This document shows, in pieces, positions 13,480-25,324 of a stretch of DNA of 64,000 bases. Made by a program: the position numbers and the translations under genes. The stretch covers positions 372,001-436,000 of the forward strand of contig NW_026250405.1 of the NCBI RefSeq assembly GCF_024521635.1. The letters run 5' to 3'. Origin of the DNA: Tricharina praecox (Eukaryota). Under the pieces are notes generated by a model. The model was not told the DNA's origin, searched no databases, and was given only the letters and a program-made list of their open reading frames with translations. Every line of letters begins with the position of its first letter. Position 1 is the first letter of the stretch.

Positions 13480-14219
13480 TGGCTAAGACGATTTACTTCC
13501 TACTTAATGGTGAAAAGGGATCTTTTTTTTTCTTTTAGAACGTTTTCGTATTTCTTTTGTTGATAACTGGAGTATTTGTGGTTTATGGGAAGGTGGATTG
13601 TATGTATGTAGATTCTGCGACCTCTTTACTCGGACTCCCAAGTCCCCAATAGTTGGAGCCGCGCCCTAGAAGTAATGTGATCGTGAATTGGCACCCGTAA
13701 GCGACCATTAGATTGGTACCTGCCTCTGACCGGTAGGCTTTCACCTGCGCGCTCGCACAGTTGCTACACCCTAGGTGCAAGTGACAGAATTGATACAGGT
13801 CGCGACCCTGAAGAATCCCGCCTGGGCCGAGGAGAATACTCGCAGCCGCTCATCGGCTGCATGGGTCTTCCATGCGGCAGGTACCCTCCGCTGCTCTTCC
13901 TCTGCTTGTTCTCTCCTTCTCTTCACATCAATTACAACTTTCCTTCCTTCCATCGATATTCCTGCTTGATTTACTTGACTAATCCGTTGTTTTCGGACTC
14001 AAAACCTATGCGGTGCGCAGAGGAACCCGGCGGCCTCGACCTCAACCACAACCATGAAGTATCTACGTCCTCCTCTCTCCCTACCAGCCTCCTTGGTTTT
14101 GTTTTTCTGTTTCTTATTTTGTTTTCTTGGGTTGCTTTCAACCTTCTCTCCCTCTACTACTTGTTTTTGTTTTTGTTTTTGTTTTTCTTAATTGTTTTCC
14201 ATTGCGTTCGTTTCATTTC

Positions 14220-14640
14220 ACTTCTAGGATAACCTTATAGAGACCTCCTACTCAGCCATAGTGAAGAGGAACCGTGATATCCTTGCGATACAATGGCTCT
14301 ATCCACCCTTGCCGGCCGAGCAGGGCGAACCATGAATTGAATTACGGGTTTCTCCTCTGCTGCCGGCAGAAGTTCTTTCCCCCATCCTCCGAGCTTCGGC
14401 CGTTTGGATGGATGTTCCCGAACCGGCCTCCACCTTAGGGTGGAGGACGTTCGGATGAGCTACCAAAAAATTAAAGAAGTTGACTGGGGCTACTCCTACG
14501 AGACCCCGGTTATACGTGGAGGTTTTCTTCCTTTGCTGTGATAGCAAAGGTCTTTCCTCCTGGTCATGTGCGTCATGACGCACATGACCGAAGTCAAATG
14601 TTGCTGTTCTGGCCGCGAGAGGATGATATTGGCTTGACCG
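14220..14640 (-). repeat. Highly diverged copy of the H module; candidate structured ncRNA
   Basis: Colinear with 15895-16380 on + (aggataacctta; gaggaac; tgctgccggca.aagttctttccccc; ttcggatgag; aaagaagt; gttatacg; ggaggtt.tcttccttt..aaaggtctt.cctcctgg; tctggccgc). Stems are retained with changed sequence. Confidence 0.8.
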
Positions 14641-14742
14641 ACTGCACTCTGTACTCTAGATCCACGGTTGATTCTTGCGTCGAGAGAATGAGTCAATTGG
14701 GGAGTTTAACGAGTGGTAGATTCGAGTCCACCATTGCGACGG

Positions 14743-14959
14743 CCGTATCTACTCGTCCATGAGACACAACCGCTAAAAAATTTGAATGAGCTTACCGAGT
14801 GTCAATGGGTGGCGCGAGTGTGCCGACAGAGCGCTGTATGGTGCTTTTCACATAGATCGTACTCAAATGGCGGCGAAAGTAGTTAGTGGACTTCCATTGC
14901 CACTCGGCAAGCTCATTCATGATTTGTAGCGGTTGTGTCTTATGAACGAGTGGATACGA
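14743..14959. mobile_element. MITE of about 217 bp, same TIR family as 60005-60458
   Basis: Imperfect TIRs of about 65 bp: ccgtatctactcgtccatgagacacaaccgcta...tgaatgagcttaccgagtgtcaatgg versus ccattgccactcggcaagctcattca...tagcggttgtgtcttatgaacgagtggatacg. No coding capacity. Confidence 0.75.
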
Positions 14960-15354
14960 TTCTTAGTGCCTGCTACCGCCTTTCTTAGTATAGGTACTCG
15001 GGCGATAGTTAATGTGTGCTTCTATCAGAAATTTGAACAACGAGTCAACACGAGGGGTATGTAGGGATTTATCATTTCCTTACGGCTGTAGTTGATTGCA
15101 AAAGTGAGTCGCGGTGATGTTTATATGCGTCCACGATGAGACTTCCCGGTAGAGGAACCCATGTTAGATCCTCGCGCAGGTGTTGAGTCGGACGGGATTG
15201 ACCCCAGTATCATCCTTTCTCGTCTCGGTGTGTCTCTTTAGGTTGGCTGCTGTTGCAGCATCAAACTGCACACGCCTGCGCGTGGGAGGGCTTCGTGTGG
15301 AGAGTAGCAAATGTGCTGGCCACCATATCAAGTTTGTCGCTATTCTGTTTCAGT

Positions 15355-15692
15355 GTTGTTTAATTGGTAGATAATGTTTTGCGCGTTTGTCGCTATTCCA
15401 CGCTGTGGGAACGTGTTCATAATCGCTCACTCGGAGCTGGAATGACTACGTGTGATGTAAAACATGTGTCGACACCTTGGAATGTAGCGGTGTTTGCTAA
15501 AAGGCAAACTTTTGAGTCGACGCTAGCGTGCTAGATGTGGTTGCTTGGAATCCACTCAACTTCCACCTATAAAATCCCCCTTTCCTCCCAACTCCTCCTC
15601 ACACTCTCCTTCCTATCTCCATTCATTAACTTCTTCTCCTTTCCCGCCCGGCACTAATGGCTACTTTATGCTACTGAACTACAATTAGTTTA
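15355..15692 (+). promoter_or_regulatory. Promoter module P1 (repeat; TATAAAA at 15568-15574 followed by a CT-rich tract)
   Basis: Colinear with 40278-40615 (gttttgcgcgtttgtcgctattcc; gtcgacaccttggaatgtagcggtgtttgct; gtggttgcttggaat; ccacctataaaa; tttcctcccaactc; tgctactga). Confidence 0.8.
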
Positions 15693-15827
15693 GTCAACCT
15701 CAACTTTTTCAACCACTCAGTGCGTCCTCTCTCTCTCCTCCACCTTGTCGCAGCTTAATACTTACTTGCCTTCTTTATTAGTCAACAGAGGTCCTCCGCC
15801 GAAGATTCCCCCTTCCTTTCTTCCACT

Positions 15828-16421
15828 GTAGCCCGCGCTCATACCTTGAGGTACGCCGTTCTCTCTCCCCCCCCCCCCCCCCCCCCACTTTATACTTCCA
15901 GGATAACCTTACAGAGCTATCCTGCTTAGCCGTCGCAGCGAGGAACTGAGGGTTCCGTGCAACTGGTTTACAAAGTGGACTATTGCGAGAGACGGATCCA
16001 ACCCTCGAGGCTGAGCAGAAAAGGTCTACGGACGGGGTTTTCTCTTGTGCTGCCGGCACAAGTTCTTTCCCCCTTCCTCCGGGAGTCCAAGTCGGTCAAG
16101 ACTCGACTTGCCGACTTGCTCCCGGTGGATGGCCTATCCGAAACCGGGTGACGAACGGTTTCGGATGAGATCCAAATAACCAAAGAAGTATAACTGGTCT
16201 ACTACCGCCCCAAGTTATACGCGTATAACGTGGTTTATTATCCCCCCACGTTATACGCGGAGGTTGTCTTCCTTTCAAAGTTGAAAGGTCTTACCTCCTG
16301 GCCATGCATGAGTGGGATGCATGCGCCATTGGCCAAGTATTGTTGCTCTGGCCGCTGCGCGAGACAACGATATTTGCCCCGCTTGTGGATTACGCCGTAA
16401 AATCCATTGCGGCGAGTGATT
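15828..16421 (-). repeat. H module, full copy (near-identical inverted copy of 25325-25900); candidate structured ncRNA
   Basis: Reverse complement of 25346-25860 with about 3 substitutions seen by eye plus a G/C-run length difference; at least 8 consecutive stem-loops. Confidence 0.9.
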
Positions 16422-17477
16422 ACCCGTGAATAGAAGTCACTTTCTCTTCCCCTCCATCCTTGCATCACCGGCTGACATGTTTCACCAAGCACAGGTCAGG
16501 CCGATCTCCCGTCTACCTTCCATGTCGTGTAAAGTCTCCGACCAATACGCTCCCAGATAGGCATCGAATACGAGCTGCAAGAACCGCACCAAGGATGCAG
16601 TCTCTCAAACCACGATCATCACCACCGCAAACCCGCACACACGCACGTAGCTCTTCGCCATGCCTCCGAAGTTACTCACGGTTTTCCTCTTCGCTTTCCG
16701 CCTATACGCCGAAGATACAATTATCGCCATCCCGGCGGTCTACATCGGTACCTGGAGTTTTCACTACCGTGGAACTCTCTACGGCCGCACGCTCAGACAC
16801 CGTCGTTGCAGAACGATGAGAGAGCGTTCAGTGGAAGCAGGCAGCGGAGGATGACGTATCTGTGAGTGGAAGAGATATGCGAGAGCAAGCGAATGCGGTT
16901 ACTAGTAGGCAGCACCAGCGGTGGGGGTCCGGCGGAGTCGTATGCTCTCTTAGCCGTCTGCTTCTACTTCTGCTTTTCTCCTCCTTCTTCTTCTTCTTTT
17001 CATCATCATCATCCGATAAGACGATCATCCCTCACATCTTTTCGTTCCTCTGTGTGTGCTTTCCTCTAGATCCCGTCTCCCGCCTGGAGGAGTATTGACC
17101 AACGAACCGCTCGCAAAACCGTGACATATACGCTATCGATCTCCTATCTCATCATTCCTTACCACTCTCATATCGTACACCGGTCGCGCTCCTTCGGAAT
17201 CCTGAATTTTTATCCTGCACCGAACACGAAGCCACAAGACATCACGTGACGGCTCCATCCACTCGCAAGAGGTGATACTGCGCAAAGGTGAAGAGGATAT
17301 GGGCATGCTCCCCGCTCTGGGATGCATGGCATGGCAGTGGCAAGGAGTGCGTGGCGGAGGAGGAGGAGTGTGGGGCCATTGGGATTGATATCAGCGTGGA
17401 TATCGTATGTACTGGTCAGTCACCGGAAGAGGTGGGGATCATTTCCCCTCATCCACCGCGGACCTGCGGTGGCAACA

Positions 17478-18026
17478 TGATACTTGATACATCTCCCGCC
17501 GTCCCCGCCACTCGGCCAACGCCCCACACCCGCACGTACGAAGCAACGTTTTGCCGGCTCCTCACAGATGACCAAGACGGAACTCGAATGCCTGCAGGCC
17601 TACAATACGGTACATTCACGAACGACTACCTGGCGGAGATTAGGCGATTCGGCCGTCCGAGGGCGTGGTACGAAACATCCAACGCGGGAGTGACCATTCA
17701 TGAATTTCCTTCGCTGCTTCTCCGCTTCTGTCCCTGTAGCGGCATTATGTACGTACGTTTCTACTCTCGGCCGAGAACGAGCAGAGCTAACTGTCCCAAA
17801 GCAATCGAAGCTGAGCTCCTGTCTGACTATCGTGTCGTGTAACATCGCCAACCAATCTGCTGACGTCGGCATCGCCACACAGCTGTTCATCGAATACGAG
17901 CTGCAGAAAACTCACAATTATAACCGCACCACAATCGACACCCCACATAAGCACCCTATGTCTCGCTACGACGCCCGCTCCGCCTTTTATGCCTCCAACC
18001 TCGCTTTCCCAGGCCTTTCAGCCTGA
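17478..18026 (+). CDS. Hypothetical protein, 2 exons (start uncertain)
   Basis: ORF 17288-17842 joins ORF 17700-18026 in phase 0 through intron gtacgt(about 17753)...gctaac...aag(17801). Confidence 0.4.
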
Positions 18027-18075
18027 TTCCGCACCGTAGCCCTCTCCGGGAATCCTCATCGTCAGCTGCACGAAC

Positions 18076-20055
18076 ATGAGCGGCACCAACATCCACACGG
18101 GCGTCTGGACGAACCACTCACGGGGGCACATCTACGGCAGCACACTGACGCTCCATGACGCGCACGGCCTCGCACTGATCTCGTTCCTTGCGATCCTAAT
18201 CACACACACAGGCGCACGCTCTTTCAAGATCCTCAAATTCATCCTCCACCAGACGCGCAGCCACGAGACGCCGCGCGACGGGCTGGCGCGCCAGCAGGAG
18301 GTGATTTTGCGCAACTGCGAGACCGATATGGGCGCGCTGCCGGTGCTGGGGTGGATCGCGTTCCGATGGCGCAAGTCGGCGCCAAAGGCGTGGAGGAGGA
18401 GTATAGGCCCGTTGGGCCTGCTGGCTGCGCATATGTGTCTGTACCTCGTCGCCGGAGTGGCGGTTAGTTTTGTTGCCGATGGGAATGATCCGTTTGTTAG
18501 GGCAGAGGCCAAGGAGTGTGGCGTGTGGGCCGGGCAGGACGGGGGGATACGGAGTATGATAGCCTGGCAGAAGACGAGCTTGCTCTCGACTACGGCTGCG
18601 AGGGCGTATGTGCGGCTGTGCTACGACACCGAGGGGAGCGAAAAGGAGACGCCGAGTGAGTGCCGGGTGTTGCCCAGGAGACGGCTCAACTGGTCTGCGG
18701 TGCATAATGCCACCTGTCCGTTCGCAGACGGGATCTGTCTCGAGGGCGAGAACGCCGCGTTTACGATGGACACTGGACTGCGGAGCTCGGAGGAGCTGGG
18801 GATTAACTCGCCGAATCCAATGCAGTGGCAACGCCGCACCACGTGCGCGCCGCTAAAGACCGAGGGATATACGGAGGTGCGGACTGACGGGAAGTTTGGC
18901 GAGAATGTTACGCATTACATGTATGGTGGTGTACGCCTGCTGGGGAACTCGTCGCATTGGGTCAGTGATTGGGAGAGGGTCGGAGGATCGAAGGGATATA
19001 TACTCAATATGCAGACGTCTACCCCATGGATCCGGAATGGGAGCTTCCAGCTGGATCCAATCCCGTCGTTGAGAAGGGATGATGCCGATGTTACCTTGCT
19101 GTTTATTTCGGCCTATGGGGTTACCTACTATGAGCGTGAGCGCCCCATATCGCAGTAGTCAGCAGCCCAGTATAATACTGACCATTCCCCAGCAATCGAT
19201 GACCCAATGTTTAGCGCCCACAACTTCACCGGCACTTTCCAGATGCCGGGCTACGATGCATTTCCCACATACGCCGCTGACCATCCCTCCACAGTAATGG
19301 GCTGCACCGACCAATACCGCTTCTGCAACCCGCGCACATCCCGGTGTTCGCCCTTCGTCGATTCTCAAGACCCTGACGATCTTCTCTTCAGCATCACCGA
19401 AACGGACGGCGAAGCCGACGTCGCACTGATCATCCGCTACCACATACACACGATGAACATGTACACTAGCTCGATCGGACAAGGCGCACAGATCCTCTCG
19501 GTGGCCGACCACCTCTACGCCGGCTCGGCCATCATGCTCGCCCGCGAGCAGTGGAAAATCGAGGCCGGCCACATGTTCGATATCGGGCTGGCGACGGCCC
19601 AGATGGAAGTCGTGCGCACAGCCAAGGAATCGTACCCGCAGGACCGCGGGCCCCTCGGAAACCTCATCCAACCCCAGTGGCGCCACATCTGCAAGATGAT
19701 CGTGTTCCATGAGAGCGGGTACACTTCCGTCAACGTGTTCTGGCTGGGGTTGATCCTCCTATTCTCGCTAGTGATCACTACGCTCTCGTTCCTGGACGGC
19801 CCGGCGGGGAAGGTGATGGCGGGAAAGTTCCCACATAGGGTTTTGGCATGGAGGGCGGATGGCGCGCTACAACTTCTCAGACTCATCAATGAGAATAAGA
19901 GCATTGGCACGTGGGGACGGGGGTTTCAAGATGTGCCCATTACGGCACGCGGAGAGAAGCTGGGTGTTGTCGAGATCGTCGACGGAAGAGTTGGCATCGG
20001 GAGGGTTGCGAGTGGGATTTCGGCCGAGGAGTTTCGGTGCGGGAGTGGCGTGTAG
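18076..20055 (+). CDS. Conserved-type fungal hypothetical membrane protein, 2 exons
   Basis: 360-aa and 282-aa ORFs joined by intron gtgagc(about 19136)...actgac...cag(19192), giving YEPIDDPMF. N-terminal IHTGVWTNHSRG...G.TLTL, Cys motifs (CPF...IC; GC.DQY.FCNP) and TM helices typical of a widespread ascomycete uncharacterised family. Confidence 0.8.
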
Positions 20056-20940
20056 GACGGCGGGCGGCTGGGTGGGTATAGAGCCGTGTCCCTTCTTGTA
20101 GTTGCAGAGGCAAATGAATGAGAATCCATGCATCCTATGAGTCCAATAGATCCCTTGCCCATGGGCCGTCACGCGATCAATCATGTTCCCCCCCAAGACC
20201 GGTGATCAACAGACAGGTCCACTGTCCCGCCCGGAACACCTGCTCGATGCCGGAGTCAGTTGGATTGCGCTTCGAACCTGCGACTCGCCGTTGGTTGTGT
20301 CAGTGCTGCGGTTTTGCACGTACCGCGCAATCTGCAACTCGCCTTTCGCCATACACATGGTCTAGGCATCGTGCGACCTTCCGGAAACCGTTGTTACATA
20401 CCATAGGTACCACACCGCAATACTGCCTCGGCGAGTGGGGCGGGTGTAAGTCCTTTGTATTGTAAGTACTCTACCATCGAGACATCGTGTACTCCGTGTA
20501 CCTCGTGTAGGTACTTCGGAGGTGCAACCATCCACGCATTCACGAACCTCATATTCACATGCACGGTCCCACCTTCGAAGCAAAGCCATGCCCTGCAGCG
20601 CAGCAGCGGGGGTCGCAGCTACAGTCGGAGACTCGCAGCTGATCGCGCCTGGCTGATCATGCGAGCTCCAGCGCAAGTGCAGCGGCCACTTCCGACCGCT
20701 CTGTGCGACGTGAGCGGCGCGTCTGGGGTTCGGGAATAATGACAGCGCCAGCGATCGGCGTGCGTGCAGCCAATGCCGTGCCGACTCTGGCGACTCTGGC
20801 CACTCTGGCGAGTCGGGGCTGGCCGCTGGGCTCCGCAATCTTGAGATGTGAGTTCGTAGTTAAAAACATATGAAACAAAGAGGCAATGAAACAAACAACA
20901 TCTGTCGAGTTATCACTGCTCCAATCACAGCAGTATGCAC

Positions 20941-20976
20941 GAAGGAAGGAAGGAAGGAAGGAAGGAAGGAAGGAAG
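20941..20976 (+). repeat. (GAAG)n microsatellite
   Basis: About 9 tandem gaag units. Confidence 0.9.
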
Positions 20977-22163
20977 TGACAAATGCCACAGGCAGGCACC
21001 CCGAAGATGCCTCCGCCGCATTCGTGGCGACACCCGCCACCAGGTTGTCATTCCTGTCGGACGGTTCCTAGCTCCATAATGCTGTCGCGATATCGAAATC
21101 TGCAGGATAGGCAGAGTACGTCAAAATCAAGTCCCCAGACCAGGCAAGAGGGAGGGGTGCGGCGAGTTACTGATTCCGGGAGGCGGATGGAGTAATGGGA
21201 TGGTATCGATAATGATGGTTAACTATCGTCGATAGCGGACGGACCACGAGACGGAGTCTGTCGCCGCCGCTGTGAGCGAAGGCGAAGGGGAGATGTCCAT
21301 TGCATATGCCCTACCTTAAGTGTCCGCGCCCGCTACCCACCCTCCCGTCGCTCGGTGGCTCTCTCTTTCTGGCTCTCTCTCTCTGTGAGGATGGTGATCG
21401 ATGATGTTTTTGCCCCGCACGCATTTCGTGCAAACTCGGCAGGGATTCTCATGCCTCGGGCGGCGGTCTGCATCGGGAAGGTATCTACTGGACATTGCTT
21501 CGGCCAGTTCCTGCATAAAGCATCGATCCTGGTCGATCCAACGGCGATCTCCTAGTTGCATGGAAGATTGGGGGTGGAGTCGAAGTGGAGGGGTGGAGGC
21601 ATGCGGCCATGCTGCCTTACTGGTGAAGAGTAGGTATCCGCACACGCGATGAGCACTGCAGAGGAGAAACACTGCCGGAGATATCTGGGGAAACAACGGC
21701 GGCCAACCGGAACCCCGACCGGGGACTATGCAGCGCCTGCTACGTAGGCGCACAACGGAGCCGGCCGTCGACGTCGACGTTGAGATTGCTGGGGGCGTAC
21801 ATACATGCCAATATACTCTCTCTACCAACCTCCGTACACGGTATCACGATCCAATCAGCCGAAACGGAAGTACCATGGAGCCCACCCCACTCGCATCTAC
21901 TTGACGTCGCAGTCGCATTTGCCATCTATCACATCGCGCACTTCCGGGTTTCCCGCTGTTGGATGCCGGCACGGGCATGGGCATGCGCATGGTGATGGGA
22001 TGATTGATTGAGTCTCGGTCCACGAGATTGATAGGGATCCGGATTGCGAGCAACCTCGGATGCGACTGTGTATAAGACAGCTGGGTATCGCCCCACCTGG
22101 TTTTGTCACATAAGTCAGCGAGCGGTCAGTCACTTCCCTTCACACACTTAACCGCAAGCCACG

Positions 22164-23852
22164 ATGAAGGTCGCCTCGCCCCTCCTCCTGCTGTCCTCCC
22201 TCCTTGTCAGTGTGCTCGCCAGTCCCGGCCCCATAAACAACGGTCCCAGGCCATCGCGGCCCCTCCCGCCCGTCCAGTCCAACCAGCTGCGCCGGCTCCT
22301 GCTGCGCTCAAATCTCCTCAAGCACGCCGATGCGCTAGAAGAGCAGGCGAAACTCTCCGACGGCAACCGGGCGTTCGGCACGAAGGCGCACAATGCGACT
22401 GTGGACTACATCAAGCGGAAGCTGGATGCCACGGGGTACTACGATACGGAGCTGCAGACGTTCGAGTATCTGTTCTCGGAGGGAACGGCGAATTTCACAG
22501 CAGTGATCGCTGGCGCCCAGAAGAACTATGATACAGAGTGGTTTACGTATGGCCCTGCCGGCACGGTGGAGGCAAAGGTCGTCATCGTCAATGAGCTCGG
22601 TTGTGTCGCGGTATGTATTCTCGCTCGGATCGACGCCGGGGGTGTAGCTGTGCTGATGGTTGGATGCAGACCAACTTCCCCGCGGAAGTCAAGGGCTCAA
22701 TCGCCCTGATCAAGCGTGGTAGCTGCGAGTTCGGACTCAAGATCGCGCTCGCTGGCGCAGCCGGTGCCGCCGGTGCCGTCATCTACAACAACGTTGATGC
22801 GCCTGTCGGCGGTGGAACGCTTGGCCAGCCCTCGCGGCCAGAGGGCCCGTACGTCCCCGCTGCCTCTCTCAGCGGGATCGATGGGAATGCACTCGTGGCT
22901 TCCGTTGCTGCTGGTGAGGTCAAGGGAAAGGTCTTCGTTGATGCGATCAACGAGATGCGCTACACCAGCAATGTTCTTGCCACCACGAAGGGCGGCGACA
23001 AGAACCACATCGTCATGGCGGGTGGGCACACGGACTCCGTGCCTGCTGGACCTGTTCGTCACCCCTCCCCCTCCGCGTAGCTGCCTCTTGCACTCGCTGA
23101 CAGATCGCACACAGGGTATCAACGACGACGGCTCGGGCGCCATGGGTCTTCTCGAGATCGCCCTGCGCCTGCCAAAGTGGAGCGTCAGGAACGCCATCCG
23201 CTTCGGCTTCTGGACGGCCGAGGAGTACGGCCTGGTCGGCAGCGAGCACTGGGTGACCTCTCTCACCGCGGAGCAGACCTCGTCCATCGCACTGTACCTA
23301 AACGCCGACATGGTAACTACGCCGTCCCCCGTATATCCGCACCTCCACTAACCCAGACAGATCGCCTCCCCGAACTTCGGCTACTTCCTCTACGACGGCG
23401 ACGGCAGCGCCTTCAACGTCACCGGCCCTGCGGGATCAGACCACATCGAGCACCTCTTCGAATCCTACTTCACCAGTGTCGGGATCCGTTCGGCGCCAAC
23501 CGCATTCGACGGGCGCTCGGACTACGGCCCCTTCCTTGACGCGGGGATCCCCAGCGGCGGGATATTCACCGGCGCGGAGGGGATCAAGACAGCGCAGGAG
23601 GCGGAGTGGTGGGGCGGGCGCGCCGGCCAGGCGTACGATCCTAACTACCACCTCGCGGGAGATGGAAGAGTGAATCTCGACGTCGGCGCTTGGGTCCAGA
23701 ATACTAAGGCGTTTGCTCATGCGCTGGCGACTTATGCGAATAGTCTGGAGGGGATCCCGAGGATGAACAAGAGAGGCGTGCTGGAAAAGAAACAGATCAG
23801 TCATGATAAGCGCAGGCATGCAGCTTGTAATCATGAGTTTAGCGAGATCTAG
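22164..23852 (+). CDS. Secreted aminopeptidase Y-like M28 metallopeptidase with PA domain, 4 exons
   Basis: Signal peptide; GNRAFGT..HNATVDYI; PA domain IALIKRGSCEF; Zn ligands GGHTDSV, GINDDGSG, WTAEEYGLVGS, YLNADM, YH. Introns at about 22611-22669, 23053-23114 and 23313-23360. Confidence 0.93.
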
Positions 23853-24042
23853 AGGGATTTATGGTGGCGATGGGATGGAGGGGGTGTAGCAGTAATGTCT
23901 TTTCTTTGCTTTGCTTTTCTTTTCGATATGACGATGTATTCTACGTCTAGTATGTGTGTATGTACGAACGAATGGGATGATGGGATGGATGCGTGCAAAT
24001 ATCTCCAACATGTCGTCTGGACTTTGTAAAGGGTGCAAGTTC

Positions 24043-24175
24043 AATCTCGCTGTCGAGAGTCGAGACTCGACATGAGAAGACTTTGGATCTCCTCGGACGT
24101 ACTGGTCCTCCGGACTCCTTTTATCCCACGAAGCTGCACGATGAGTCGATGAGTCGATGACTGCGATCCTTCAGC
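24043..24175 (+). repeat. Dispersed repeat of about 110-130 bp, copy 1 (copy 2 at 27338-27447)
   Basis: Shared blocks atctcgctgtcgaga, gactcga.atgagaag, ttggatctc.tcggacg, cgaagctgca.gatg, gactgcgat.cttca. Confidence 0.7.
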
Positions 24176-24597
24176 AATCAGGATGCCCGATCAAGAGCTC
24201 CAGCATGCTCATATATCTGCAAAGGCCCAAGGCCCAAAGCCCAAGGGTCGTCCAGTAGGGCTGAGGATAGAGTACCTAAAGTAGTCCGTCCGGACCGAAG
24301 ACAACTCCACATATTAGGTAGGGTAGGGCCTAGCAACGCGGTCCCGTCCAGTCCAGTCCAGTCCGGGGCGAGCACTTGCAAGTTGCCGGACTCCCTACAT
24401 AGAGCAGAACAGTCTAGTCACAAGTCCGAAATTCGCGGAGCCCGACTAGGGCCTCGAGTGATAAGCTCAGATACCGGGTGAGACCTCCGGGTTGGCGATG
24501 ATTGCATAGGTATTCGAAGTATGGGCGGAACGCTGAGTGAAGATCTGGAGGCAACAATGGAGGCGTGGCGGAGAGCTGCGTGCTTGTGTGTGCGTTT

Positions 24598-24640
24598 GTG
24601 GTGGTGGTGGTGGTGGTGGTGGTGGTGGTGGTGGTGGTGG
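24598..24640 (+). repeat. (GTG)n microsatellite
   Basis: About 14 tandem gtg units. Confidence 0.95.
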
Positions 24641-24703
24641 TTCTGAGGGACTGCACCCGTGGTGTGGGTCTTATAGCTCGTATTGAAAGCCCACCAGCGA
24701 GCG

Positions 24704-25140
24704 GCCGCCTCCAGAATAGTCACCAGGGTAAACAGAAAAGTAGGAACATTTGTCTACATAAGTATTCGAAATTGTTGCAGAATGTTGCAGTTTCCAGACG
24801 GACCAATACCTTTTAACAGCGACTTATGTTAAAACAAGTATACATGTAGGGATATGGAGTACCTACCGTACCTGCCTATATAGGCTGCGGAAACTGGCTA
24901 CATGGCCCATCTCCCTGTGAACGGAGTCACGCGCGGCCTTGGCGAATAGTTAATCCTGCCATACACGCACGCACCAGTAAAAACATAGGAACATTCGTCT
25001 ACATACTTGTTTTAACATAAGTAGTTGTTAAAAGGTATTGGTCCGTCTGAAAACTGCAACATTGTGCAACAATTTCGAATACTTATGTAGACAAATGTTC
25101 CTATTTTTCTGTTTACCCTGGTGACTATGCTGGGGGCGGC
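24704..25140. mobile_element. Foldback/MITE element with TIRs of about 135 bp
   Basis: 24704-24840 (gccgcctccagaatagtcaccagggtaaacagaaaagtaggaacatttgtctacataagtattcgaaattgttgca...ttatgttaaaacaagta) is the near-perfect inverse of 25004-25140. A partial internal copy of the TIR lies at about 24976-25005. Confidence 0.85.
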
Positions 25141-25324
25141 GCTTCTCAAAGAGTCGACACTGCCGTCCAGTGCCGCCCTATGCCGCCCAGTGCCCAGCGC
25201 CCAGGCCGGAGATCTACCTCTCCGTACATAACTAGCCGTCAGAGACCTCGACGATGTCCTCCCCTGTGCCTGTGCATCTGCAGAGGCAAGTCAGAGCGGA
25301 GAGTCGAAAACATCTTCACAGATG

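Noticed and set aside
14695..14735. tRNA-like A/B-box words (gagtggta..ttcgagtccacca)
   Set aside because: The boxes are adjacent with no anticodon arm, so there is no cloverleaf.
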